From Rhodospirillaceae bacterium (GTDB taxonomy: Bacteria > Pseudomonadota > Alphaproteobacteria > UBA6615), in assembly GCA_018702955.1 (NCBI GenBank), contig JABJEK010000097.1, forward strand, positions 7,631 to 71,630: 64,000 nt of DNA. Direction: 5' to 3'. The notes below the pieces were generated by a model, which was not told the origin of the DNA, made no database searches, and saw only the letters and a list, made by a program, of their open reading frames with translations. The position numbers were made by a program, and so were the translations under genes. Shown one piece after another: positions 49,737 through 58,952 of this stretch. Numbering within the stretch: position 1 is the stretch's first letter; the number at the start of each line of letters is the position of its first letter.

Positions 49737-50938
49737 CCCTCCGATGCCACGACGCCGCTGTCCTGCAGCGCCGCGATCTGTTCTGCGTCGTAGCCGATAT
49801 CACCGAGAATCTCGGCCGTGTGTTCACCGACTTCCGGCGGTGCGACCGCGAACGAACTCGGCGTTCGCGACAAAGATACCGGCTGGCGTGCAAAGCGCAT
49901 CTCGCCCAGCGCCGGGGACGTCAGCGGTTGGGCGATGCCCAGATGCTGGACCTGGGGGTCGTCGAAGACCTGGCCGATGTCGTTGATCGGCCCGCAAGGC
50001 ACGCCCGCCGCGTTGAACTTCTCGACCCACCCGGCCGACGTATCGGTTGCGATCGCTTCGCCGATCAACCGGTTCAGCCGGTCGCGGTTTTCCGAGCGCC
50101 CGGGTGCGTCCTCGAACTCCGGGTCCGTCATCCATTCCTCATGGCTGAGGATACGGCAGAACCGCCCCCAGATTTCCTGACCCGCAACCGCGATGTTGAT
50201 GTGCCCGTCCGACGTGGCGAACACGCCGGTCGGAATGCTTGTCGGATGGTTGTTCCCGGCCTGCCCCGGAACGTCCTCGTCGACCAGCCAGCGCGCCGAT
50301 TGGAAATCGAGCATGAATATCTGCGCCTCGAGCAGCGACGTCTGGAGCCACTGGCCCTTGCCGGATTTATCGCGCTCGAGCAGCGCCAGCAGGATACCCT
50401 GGGCCGCAAACAGCCCGGCCGTCAGATCCGCGATCGGAATGCCGACCCGCATCGGGCCCTCGCCCGGTGCGCCCGTGATGGACATCAGCCCGCCCATGCC
50501 CTGGGCGATCTGGTCGAAGCCCGGCCGCTTGGCATAGGGCCCGTCCTGGCCGAAGCCCGAGATGCTCGCGAGGATGATCCGCGGATTGATCGCCGCGAGT
50601 GATTCATAGTCGATGCCCAGGCGGTTCTTCACGTCGGGCCGGTAATTCTCGACCACCACATCGGCGTTCGCGACGAGCTTGCGAAACACCTCCTTGCCCG
50701 CCTCGGCCTTGAGGTCGAGCGCGAGGGACCGCTTGTTGCGGTGCAGGTTCTGGAAATCCGAGCCATGGCGTGATCCGCCGAGTGCGGCACCGCCTTCGAC
50801 GGCGGGCGGCATCTCGACCTTGATAACATCGGCCCCCCAATCGGCGAGCTGACGCACACAAGTCGGGCCTGAACGGACACGGGTCAGATCGAGGACCTTT
50901 ACATGGTCGAGGACCGCGGCGGCGGGATGGTGAGGCAT
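49733..50938 (-). CDS. CoA-transferase family III (CaiB/BaiF) protein
   Basis: VKVLDLTRVRSGPTCVRQLADWGADVIKVE...VENYRP...catalytic Asp region. Confidence 0.85.
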   Translation of the reverse strand: MPHHPAAAVLDHVKVLDLTRVRSGPTCVRQLADWGADVIKVEMPPAVEGGAALGGSRHGSDFQNLHRNKRSLALDLKAEAGKEVFRKLVANADVVVENYRPDVKNRLGIDYESLAAINPRIILASISGFGQDGPYAKRPGFDQIAQGMGGLMSITGAPGEGPMRVGIPIADLTAGLFAAQGILLALLERDKSGKGQWLQTSLLEAQIFMLDFQSARWLVDEDVPGQAGNNHPTSIPTGVFATSDGHINIAVAGQEIWGRFCRILSHEEWMTDPEFEDAPGRSENRDRLNRLIGEAIATDTSAGWVEKFNAAGVPCGPINDIGQVFDDPQVQHLGIAQPLTSPALGEMRFARQPVSLSRTPSSFAVAPPEVGEHTAEILGDIGYDAEQIAALQDSGVVASEG

Positions 50939-50964
50939 GATTTCTCTCTACGTCGGTGTTTTGA

Positions 50965-51930
50965 CTAAAGCTTGAGCAGGCGCTTGGCGTTTCCGTTCAG
51001 GATCTTCGCCTTGTCTTCGGCGTTCAGGTGCACCCGCTCGATCCAGTCCATCCCCGGCGCGTTGGGCACAAAAGGATAATCGACGGAGAACAGAATCCGG
51101 TCGGCACCCATCTCGGCGATCGAGCACATCAGGGCCGGATCGGAGAAATTGCCGCTGGTCGTGATGTGGAAGTTGCGGCTGAACACCTCGCGGAACGACA
51201 GGGACTTGTTGCCCGGCCGCGACAGCGCGTGGTCGATCCGCCAGAGCAGGAACGGCAATCCCTCGCCGAGATGGCCGAGGATGATGTTGCAGTCCGGATA
51301 CTTCTCCAGCACCCCGCTCAGGACGATACGAATCCCCTGGGTCGCGGTCTCGACCGTGAAGCCCCAGCCGGCGTTCAGCAGTGCGGGGAAATCCTTCACA
51401 TAGGGCTCGTAATAGGTGTCGACGACGGTCTTGTTCGGGACGGCGGGATGCATATACAGCGGCACGCCGAGGGCCTGGGCCCGCTCGAAGACCGGCCAGA
51501 AGCGCTCGTCGTCGAAGAACACGCCATGGGTCAGCCCATGAATCATCGCGCCCTTGAAGCCCAGTTCGTTGACGCAACGCGAGAGCTCGTCGGCGCAGGC
51601 ATCCGGATCGGGCGTGGGCAGGTTCGCGAAGGCCGCAAACCGGTCCGGTCGCTGGGCGACGATATCGCGCAGCCTGTCGTTGGTGGCGCGGGTCACCTCC
51701 GCCGCTGTGGCCGGCTCGAGCCGCTGTGTCGACGGCGCGCCATGAGACAGGACCTGAATATCGACGCCCGTGGCGTCCATCTCCGCAATCCGCGCATCGA
51801 ACAAATCCTCCAGCTTGGTCTGCATCACGCCGGACCCACCCCGGTCTTCCTCCGCGACATGCGCCGTCAGCTCCGGATCCCAGTAATGCTCTTCGATCGC
51901 GATGACCTGTTCGCCGTTCGACGTCGCCAT
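50965..51930 (-). CDS. amidohydrolase-2 family (ACMSD-like decarboxylase/hydratase)
   Basis: Internal ATG (MATSNGEQVIAIEEHY) with a GGGGGAGAG RBS. IEEHY...HGL...DYPF metal-site pattern of the PF04909 family. Confidence 0.75.
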   Translation of the reverse strand: MATSNGEQVIAIEEHYWDPELTAHVAEEDRGGSGVMQTKLEDLFDARIAEMDATGVDIQVLSHGAPSTQRLEPATAAEVTRATNDRLRDIVAQRPDRFAAFANLPTPDPDACADELSRCVNELGFKGAMIHGLTHGVFFDDERFWPVFERAQALGVPLYMHPAVPNKTVVDTYYEPYVKDFPALLNAGWGFTVETATQGIRIVLSGVLEKYPDCNIILGHLGEGLPFLLWRIDHALSRPGNKSLSFREVFSRNFHITTSGNFSDPALMCSIAEMGADRILFSVDYPFVPNAPGMDWIERVHLNAEDKAKILNGNAKRLLKL

Positions 51931-52154
51931 GTGTCTCTCCCCCGGTCGTATTTGTTTGTTTGCTGCTGGATCGTACTGAGTCCCGACAGGCTTACGCAAA
52001 GAAACAGGTACAAGAAAGAATTTTTCCAATAATCAAATTCGTGGTTCACTTGTCCCAACGCCCTTCGCGATGCGGCCATTCGCTTACGGCCCGGGAAGCG
52101 TGGGAATTGGCGTCACTTAAGATCGCCAGCCAACGAATACGGGAGGAATTACAA

Positions 52155-53879
52155 ATGAAAATGATCATCGAACGCGATGTGCCGATCACCATGGATGACG
52201 GCCAGGTGCTGCGGGTGGACGTCTACCGGCCCGACACGAAGAAAAAAGTGCCGGTCGTCATGGCCGGCGGCCCCTACGGGAAAGGCGTGAAGTACCAGGA
52301 GCATTACAAGCCGCTCTGGGATTCACTTCTCAAGATGCACCCCGATATCCTGCCGGACTCGAAACATCGCTGGCTGACCTGGGAAACCGTCGATCCCGAA
52401 GTCTGGGTTCCCTGGGGCTACGCCTGCGTGCGGCTCGATTCCCGTGGTGCGGGCCGGTCTCCCGGTTATCTCGATATATTCTCGCCCCGCGAGACCCAGG
52501 ATTACGCCAACGCCATCGAATGGGCCGGCGAGCAGAAATGGTCGAACGGCAATGTCGGCCTGAACGGCGTGTCCTATTACGCGATCAACCAGTGGCAGGT
52601 CGCCGCTCTGCAGCCCAAGCATCTGACGGCGATGATCCCCTGGGAGGGCGCGGCGGATCAGTATCGTGACTGGGCGCGCCATGGCGGCATCCTGTCCAAC
52701 GTGTTCATGGAGATCTGGTATCCACGTCAGGTCGAGAATGTGCAGCACGGCAATGCGAAGGGCCCAAAGGACCGCTGGATGGGCGAAAGCGCCACCGGCC
52801 CCGCCAAGCTGTCGCCGGCCGAGCTCAAGGCCAACCGCGCCGACACAATGGAGAATTTCCGTGTCCGCGAGATGGATGACGACTGGTACCAGTCGCGTTC
52901 TCCCGACTGGTCGAAGGTGAAAGTCCCCTTCCTGAGTGCCGCGAGCTGGGCCGGGTTCGGTCTTCACCCGCGCGGCAACTTCGAGGCCTACACCCAGGCC
53001 GCATCGCGTCAGAAATGGCTCGAAGGCCATCCGGGGCGCCACGAGGAATGGTTCTATCTCGAATACGGCATGGAGCTGCAGAAGCGCTTCTTCGACTATT
53101 TCCTGAAGGGCGAGAAGAACGGCTGGAACCGGGAACCCAAGGTCTGGGTCAACCTGCGCCGCCCGTTCACCGACGATGTCGAGCTGCGCAAGGAAAGCGA
53201 GTGGCCGCTCAAGGGCACCAAGTGGACCAAGTATTTTCTCGATGCCGGCGGCAAGGGGAAGATGGACACGAAGGTCCCGAAGACGAACCGGAAGAAGGAA
53301 TTCCGGGCACTCACCCGCGGCATCACCTGGAAGTCCACACCGCTCGCGCGGGAGACCGAGTTCACCGGGCCGATGGCAGCCAAGCTCTTCGTCTCATCCT
53401 CGACCGAGGATTGCGATCTCTTCGTCACCGTCCAGGGCTGGTCGGACAAGGGCCGCGAGGTTCACTTCCAGGGCACGGTCGACCCAAAGACGCCGCTGGC
53501 CCAGGGTTGGCTGCGCGTCTCCCATCGCAAGCTGGACGAGGAAAAATCCGATCCCTGGCGGCCGTATCACACCCATGACGACAAGCAGATGCTCACACCG
53601 GGTCAGGTCTATGAGGTCGATGTCGAGATCTGGCCCCAGTGCGTCGAGTTGCCGAAGGGTTTCCAGATCTCGATCAACATCGCCGGGCAGGATTACGATC
53701 GGCCAGGACCGGCGGTCGACGCCTATGTTCCGTCGCGGGGCTCGGGCGTCTTCCTGCACGATCATCCGACGGACCGGCCGAAGGAAATCTTCGGCGGCAA
53801 GACGACGATCCACACCGGACCGAAGCACAAATCCTATCTGCTGATGCCGGTGATCCCGAAGAATCGCAAATCGACCTAG
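52155..53879 (+). CDS. CocE/NonD (X-Pro dipeptidyl-peptidase S15) family hydrolase
   Basis: Internal ATG (MKMIIERDVPI) with a GGGAGGA RBS. LDSRGAGRSPG...GVSYYA serine-nucleophile region. C-terminal beta-sandwich domain. Confidence 0.8.
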   Translation: MKMIIERDVPITMDDGQVLRVDVYRPDTKKKVPVVMAGGPYGKGVKYQEHYKPLWDSLLKMHPDILPDSKHRWLTWETVDPEVWVPWGYACVRLDSRGAGRSPGYLDIFSPRETQDYANAIEWAGEQKWSNGNVGLNGVSYYAINQWQVAALQPKHLTAMIPWEGAADQYRDWARHGGILSNVFMEIWYPRQVENVQHGNAKGPKDRWMGESATGPAKLSPAELKANRADTMENFRVREMDDDWYQSRSPDWSKVKVPFLSAASWAGFGLHPRGNFEAYTQAASRQKWLEGHPGRHEEWFYLEYGMELQKRFFDYFLKGEKNGWNREPKVWVNLRRPFTDDVELRKESEWPLKGTKWTKYFLDAGGKGKMDTKVPKTNRKKEFRALTRGITWKSTPLARETEFTGPMAAKLFVSSSTEDCDLFVTVQGWSDKGREVHFQGTVDPKTPLAQGWLRVSHRKLDEEKSDPWRPYHTHDDKQMLTPGQVYEVDVEIWPQCVELPKGFQISINIAGQDYDRPGPAVDAYVPSRGSGVFLHDHPTDRPKEIFGGKTTIHTGPKHKSYLLMPVIPKNRKST

Positions 53880-53889
53880 GGACACACAC

Positions 53890-54420
53890 ATGACCACGTC
53901 AGACGAGGCGGCCTCCTCCAGTACCGGGGAGGCCGCCTCCGAGCTGCGCACCGTCGACATCAAGTTTGATGCCAGGGCCCGCACCCTCGGAAAGATGAAA
54001 AGCGAGGTGACCATCACCTCGCAATTCTCCAACTTCTCGGTCACGCTGGAGACCGACGAGGGCAAGCTTCACGGCGGCGATGCCTCCGCACCCATGCCGC
54101 TGCACTATTTCGCGGCCGGCGTCGTAACCTGCCTGATGACCCAGATGAAGGCCTTCGCCAAGCGCCTGCGCATCCCGGTCGAGAACATCGAGATGAACGC
54201 CAACTTTCACTGGCGCCTCGAACAGCAGGGGCGCGAGCCCTATGTCTCGCAACCCGTGGGCTTTGACATCGATATCGATGTGGACAGCGATGCGCCGCTG
54301 GAAGACCTGAAGCGCCTGATCGAGGCTGCCAAGAAGGGATGCTTCGCCGAGCAGGCACTCACCCTGCCCTGCGCGATCGGCCACCGCCTGAAGGTCGGCG
54401 AAGACTGGGTCGACGTCTAG
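53890..54420 (+). CDS. OsmC/Ohr family protein
   Basis: 176 aa. Conserved Cys pair (VTCLMTQ...; GCFAEQ) of OsmC-like peroxiredoxins. Confidence 0.7.
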   Translation: MTTSDEAASSSTGEAASELRTVDIKFDARARTLGKMKSEVTITSQFSNFSVTLETDEGKLHGGDASAPMPLHYFAAGVVTCLMTQMKAFAKRLRIPVENIEMNANFHWRLEQQGREPYVSQPVGFDIDIDVDSDAPLEDLKRLIEAAKKGCFAEQALTLPCAIGHRLKVGEDWVDV

Positions 54421-55670
54421 TTTCGCCTGGCGACCACCTGATCGGCAATCAGCCGGTGGACTCCCAACGATTCGCAACGGCGGTCGTTGATCCTGCCAGA
54501 TTCCCATTTCGCGAATTGAACAACGACCACCCCCTGTTCCGGAAAAATGTGAAGAAACTGGCCGCCGGACCCCCAACCCGTGAATCCGTCGTTCGGGTCC
54601 TCGAACACCCACCACTGGAACCCGTAGCGATACTGGAGATCAAAGTCGCGGAAATCGCATCCGCGGCCCGTATCGCGATTGTCGTTCACCGACAGGCGCA
54701 GCCAGTTACCCATGAAGCCACGGTCCGCTTTGTACAGGTCCAGGATATGTGCACCGATCAGAGCCATGTCTCCGGCTGACATCCGGAAACAGCAATGGGA
54801 CGGAGACCGGTATTGATAGTCCGCCTTCCAGCGAGCGCGCTTGCGCGGGCCCAGCGCGCGCCAGAAATAATGGTCGAACCCCCGCGTCAGGTTCGGCGCC
54901 TCGTGATCAGGCAAGATGTCCATGAACTCGGGAATCTGTGACAAACGTTCTTCAGCAAGGATACCGAGCAACTGGCTGTCGAGCCCCGAGTAGTTGAATG
55001 GTCGTCGTTCGCCTGAACCGGGATCGAATTCCACATCTTTCAAAATCTCAGCTGTTACCCCGCGCAGCGTGCAATCGGAACCCTGCGGGTCGCGATTGCA
55101 GTCATCACTCTCCAGCACCTTGACCCTTGGTTTATCACGTTCATCATCCCACTCCATCGCGCTCGACATCTGAAGCAAGTCACGCACGGTGACCGCACGA
55201 TCGGGATACACAATCTCCGTAGGCAATAGGTCGATCAGACGGGATGAAATATCCAGTGGCACGCCAAGCGCCGGATCCATAAAAATGCGCCCGAAGAGCA
55301 GTGACGTGATCGACTTTGTGGTGGAGGCGAGACCATAGAGTTCATCTTCCACACCGCGCTGGCACCGACCCGCGCCATGCATGGGGCGCTCTGCATGGAA
55401 GTAGGGTGCCGCGCGATCAACGACAAAAAGCGCGCACACCGCATTGCGCTCGAGAAACTGTTCCAGATCGCAACGCCCCCCAAAGAGGCCGCACCTGTAG
55501 TCCACGTCGAGCGATTTGACGGGACGTGGCGTCGCACCGGCGTCCGTGGGTTCAAGCCAGTTTCGGTGCTTCCAATCCCGGGTTTCGTCAGCCAAAGCAC
55601 CTTCAGGTAGAGCCCCAGACATGACCGCGATCAGGGACAGGAGGAGGAGACACCTCAGAGCTAACGACAT
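54417..55670 (-). CDS. secreted cysteine-rich beta-lactamase-fold serine hydrolase
   Basis: Signal peptide MSLALRCLLLLSLIAVMSGALP. SxxK nucleophile motif GLASTTKSITS. 10 Cys residues in the mature chain. AAGAAGG RBS. Confidence 0.7.
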   Translation of the reverse strand: MSLALRCLLLLSLIAVMSGALPEGALADETRDWKHRNWLEPTDAGATPRPVKSLDVDYRCGLFGGRCDLEQFLERNAVCALFVVDRAAPYFHAERPMHGAGRCQRGVEDELYGLASTTKSITSLLFGRIFMDPALGVPLDISSRLIDLLPTEIVYPDRAVTVRDLLQMSSAMEWDDERDKPRVKVLESDDCNRDPQGSDCTLRGVTAEILKDVEFDPGSGERRPFNYSGLDSQLLGILAEERLSQIPEFMDILPDHEAPNLTRGFDHYFWRALGPRKRARWKADYQYRSPSHCCFRMSAGDMALIGAHILDLYKADRGFMGNWLRLSVNDNRDTGRGCDFRDFDLQYRYGFQWWVFEDPNDGFTGWGSGGQFLHIFPEQGVVVVQFAKWESGRINDRRCESLGVHRLIADQVVARRN

Positions 55671-55698
55671 GTGGAACGCCTTCTTAATCAACCCTGCG

Positions 55699-56844
55699 TT
55701 AGTGCCTTGCATGCACAAACATAGCGAACCCTAGCGCAACCGCGCTCAGCGCGGCCATGGCATAGAATGCACCGCCGGTGAAACTGCTGTAGAGCGCGCC
55801 GGACGCGATCAGCGCCAGCCCCATGATGATCCCCGATATGGAGGCGTAGGCGCCCTGCGCGGTCGCCTTCAGGCCTTCAGGCGCGTTCCCGGCGATGTAA
55901 TGCATCGTCGCCAGGTAGGTCGCACCGAAGGTGATGGCATGCATCGCCTGGGCCACGATCAGCCCCGGTAGAGCGACCGTCTCGGCCAGAATCAGCCAGC
56001 GCACCAAAGCCGTGCCCGCGCCCAGCAGGAGCAGCCGGGAGGCGCCAAGCCGCGCCACCACTGCACCGCTGAAGGCGAACAGGACGATCTCGACGACGAC
56101 GCTGCCGCCCCAGAGCAGCCCGACCATGAGTTCCGAATGCCCTGCCGCCTTCCAGTGGATGCCGGAGAACCCGTTGAGCACGGCATGGCTCGCCTGCACC
56201 GCACTGGCCGCCAGCACGAAGGCGAGGAAACGCCGGTTGCGGACAAACGCCAGCACATCCGTCCAGCGCGCATGGCCGCGCGCCTCGTTCTGCTCGCGCA
56301 GAAAAACCGTCGTCACCAGCACCGCGACGAGGCCGAAAAATATGACGAGCAGGATCAGATCCGGGTCACGCCCGGTCAGCAGCGCCCCCACCCCCAGAGT
56401 ACCCAGGATAAACGTCACCGAGCCCCACAACCGGATGCGGCCATAGTCCAGCCCGTGGCGGAGCACCGCCGACATGGCCTGGGAATCGCCGAGCGGAATG
56501 AGCGCATGATAACTCGGCGCATAGACGAGGGTGATCAGCAGGATCAGCCAGAAGGACGAGACCAGGGAGAAGCCGGAGAAGGCAATCAGGCTGACGGCCG
56601 CGGTGATGACCAGCATGCGGCGGCCCTGCCCCCCATGGTCGGCCGCGCGGGCGATCACCGGATCCACCAGCACCCGCATCCAGGGACCAACCGCAAGGAT
56701 GATGCCGATATCGCCCGGCGTCAGCCCACGGCTCTGCAGCCAGATCGGCCAGAACGGCACCACCACGCCCAGCACAAAGAAGACCGCGCCATAGAACATG
56801 GCGAAGCGGAGCGAGGTGCGGAACGGGGTCTCAGTCACGGCCAT
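55699..56844 (-). CDS. MFS transporter (HcaT / MFS_1_like type)
   Basis: 12 hydrophobic helices. N-terminus TPFRTSLRFAMFYGAVF resembles phenylpropionate/nucleoside-type MFS permeases. Confidence 0.7.
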   Translation of the reverse strand: MAVTETPFRTSLRFAMFYGAVFFVLGVVVPFWPIWLQSRGLTPGDIGIILAVGPWMRVLVDPVIARAADHGGQGRRMLVITAAVSLIAFSGFSLVSSFWLILLITLVYAPSYHALIPLGDSQAMSAVLRHGLDYGRIRLWGSVTFILGTLGVGALLTGRDPDLILLVIFFGLVAVLVTTVFLREQNEARGHARWTDVLAFVRNRRFLAFVLAASAVQASHAVLNGFSGIHWKAAGHSELMVGLLWGGSVVVEIVLFAFSGAVVARLGASRLLLLGAGTALVRWLILAETVALPGLIVAQAMHAITFGATYLATMHYIAGNAPEGLKATAQGAYASISGIIMGLALIASGALYSSFTGGAFYAMAALSAVALGFAMFVHARH

Positions 56845-56862
56845 TATGTTTGGGACTGCCCA

Positions 56863-56902
56863 TAAAAAACGCCGGCCGCCCACATGGTGTGAACGGCCGG
56901 CG
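56863..56902 (-). terminator. rho-independent terminator downstream of the deiodinase-like gene
   Basis: On the minus strand: cgccggccg-(15 nt)-cggccggcg, followed by TTTTTT. Confidence 0.7.
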
Positions 56903-56938
56903 CGTGATCTGTTTTACCGCAGAAGCGTAGGACGCTGC

Positions 56939-57709
56939 CTATTCGGCGGCTTCCTGTCGGCTGGCAATTTCTTCCTTCGACAGCGGCTGGTTCCGGAACC
57001 GGCCATGCTTCTCGTAATACGCATCGACCTGCACATGCTTGGCGACGGTCAGCGGTGCGGCCTTGAAGAAGTCATAGAGCGCAACAACGCCACCGGTCCA
57101 CATCGTCCGCATCATGTGCGGCATCGAACGCGTGGCCCGAAGTTCGGCGGTCGGTGCATTCTCGACCTTGTGATAGCTCTCGCGATCCTCAAGCGCCGCC
57201 TCGATCAGATGCGGGGCCGCCCAGTTGCAGCGATAGTGGATCGTGCCATCGGGGCGAATGATGTAGACGACGTTCGGCATGGCGCCATAGGCGCGATGGA
57301 AATCGCCGTCGAGACTGTCGACCAGCACCCGACGGAATTCCTTGTAGCGTGGCGCGACCAGTTCGGCGGACTTGAACTTGTCATCCATGTTCTGGTGCGG
57401 ACCCATGCGCTCACCCGGATGGGCCTCGCGGACATAGACCATGACAAAGTTCACGTCGGAGAACTTCTCGACGATGTCCCGGTAGATCTTGATGTTCTTC
57501 GTATACATCGAACAGGTCGACGAACCGGTCTCGATGACGGTCCACTGACCGTCGAAATCCGACAGTTTGACCTCTTCGCGCGTCGCAAGGTCGGTGAATG
57601 TGGCGTCGATATATTTGTCGCCCGCCTGCGGGCCGACAAAGGTGTCGAAGTTGTAATCCACAACGCGGAAACGTTTGTTGTTGTAAACAGGCTTCGGTGC
57701 ATCAGACAT
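56939..57709 (-). CDS. iodothyronine-deiodinase-like thioredoxin-fold protein (Cys variant)
   Basis: ETGSSTCSMY aligns with the deiodinase active site NFGS(C/A)TUPPF, with Cys in place of selenocysteine. FVMVYVREAHPGE aligns with the deiodinase FLLVYIDEAHPSDGW. AGAGGGGG RBS. Confidence 0.65.
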   Translation of the reverse strand: MSDAPKPVYNNKRFRVVDYNFDTFVGPQAGDKYIDATFTDLATREEVKLSDFDGQWTVIETGSSTCSMYTKNIKIYRDIVEKFSDVNFVMVYVREAHPGERMGPHQNMDDKFKSAELVAPRYKEFRRVLVDSLDGDFHRAYGAMPNVVYIIRPDGTIHYRCNWAAPHLIEAALEDRESYHKVENAPTAELRATRSMPHMMRTMWTGGVVALYDFFKAAPLTVAKHVQVDAYYEKHGRFRNQPLSKEEIASRQEAAE

Positions 57710-57868
57710 CGTGGGCCCCCTCTTTGCCTATGAATTAGATTGTTCTTGCTTGTGTGTATGCCACACAATTACGTCCACTATAGCACAAATCAAGCCTCCA
57801 GGCTGCAACTGCGCGACCTGCGAAATTGGTAAAACTGCCGTGATCGGGCGCGATCAGGCGCCAGATTT

Positions 57869-58927
57869 CTAGGCACCGAGTTTCGCGGCCATCCAGTCGG
57901 CCATCAGCGGCCGTGATTTGAACGGAATGTTGTCGCAGACGTGGTTTCCCTCGGGAAACACCACCAGTTCGGCATCGTCACCCGCCTCGTCGATCATCTG
58001 CTGGGATTCCTCGACCGGGCAGATTTCGTCGAGCCCGCTATGGACGATCAGCAGCGGGCACCCAATTCGATCGAGCACACCGTCCAGTGTGTACAGCTTC
58101 GCGGTCTCGGCGGCGTCTTCCACCGTCTCGTCGCCGAACGCGAAACGCAGCGTGTCCTGCACGGCGAATGGCATGCGGTCCCAGAAGCCCGACATGCTGT
58201 GGAACCCGCCGATCGAAACACACGCCTTGATGCGCGGATCGACCGAGGCGCGCGGCGCGGCATAGCCGCCGAAACTGCGGCCCCAGATGCCGATGCGCTC
58301 GCCGTCGATCTCGGGCCGCGCCTCCAGCACATCGATCAGCGCGCCGACAGGCACCTCCCAGTCCGGGCGGATCCGCCATTTGAGCATGGTCAGGCTCTGG
58401 CCCGGCCCGTCATAGGCGCAGGTGGCGACACCCCGCTTGAGAAACTCGTTCTCCAGCGTGTGGAACTCTTCCTTGGTCGAGTCCCCGCCGCAGGTGATCA
58501 TCACGCAGGGCGCGGGCCCGTCGGTATTGGGCACCCGCAGGTTGGCCGGGAAGCTGTCCCCGTCGAACGGAATGTCGATGACCTCGGCCGGGATCGCCAG
58601 ATGGGGCGCGCCCTTGGCATAGGCGGCGCGCTGGCGGCGTTGCATCCGCGCCTTCTCCTCGGCATCCCCGAAGGAGACCGACTGGCCGATATGATAGTAG
58701 AGCGCCGCGCGCACGAACGCCTCGCCCGCCGTCATGGCGCGACCCTCGGCCAACGCCGCGTCGCCAAGCCCCTCATGGGTCTCTGCCAGCCCTTCCCAGA
58801 CGGGCATCCATTCCTCCATCCGGGTGATGGTCCCCAGCACGGTCTGAGCGTCGTTGTAGTCGACCCCGGCGGCCATCAGCCGCGGGAACCTATGTTCGAT
58901 GGTTTCCTGTAGTGCAGCGTCGGCCAT
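57869..58927 (-). CDS. alpha/beta hydrolase (FrsA/DUF1100-like)
   Basis: Internal ATG (MADAALQETIEHRF). GWGRSFGG nucleophile elbow (GxSxG). 352 aa. Confidence 0.7.
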   Translation of the reverse strand: MADAALQETIEHRFPRLMAAGVDYNDAQTVLGTITRMEEWMPVWEGLAETHEGLGDAALAEGRAMTAGEAFVRAALYYHIGQSVSFGDAEEKARMQRRQRAAYAKGAPHLAIPAEVIDIPFDGDSFPANLRVPNTDGPAPCVMITCGGDSTKEEFHTLENEFLKRGVATCAYDGPGQSLTMLKWRIRPDWEVPVGALIDVLEARPEIDGERIGIWGRSFGGYAAPRASVDPRIKACVSIGGFHSMSGFWDRMPFAVQDTLRFAFGDETVEDAAETAKLYTLDGVLDRIGCPLLIVHSGLDEICPVEESQQMIDEAGDDAELVVFPEGNHVCDNIPFKSRPLMADWMAAKLGA

Positions 58928-58952
58928 GGCGCGCTCCCCGGTTGGACTGGTT

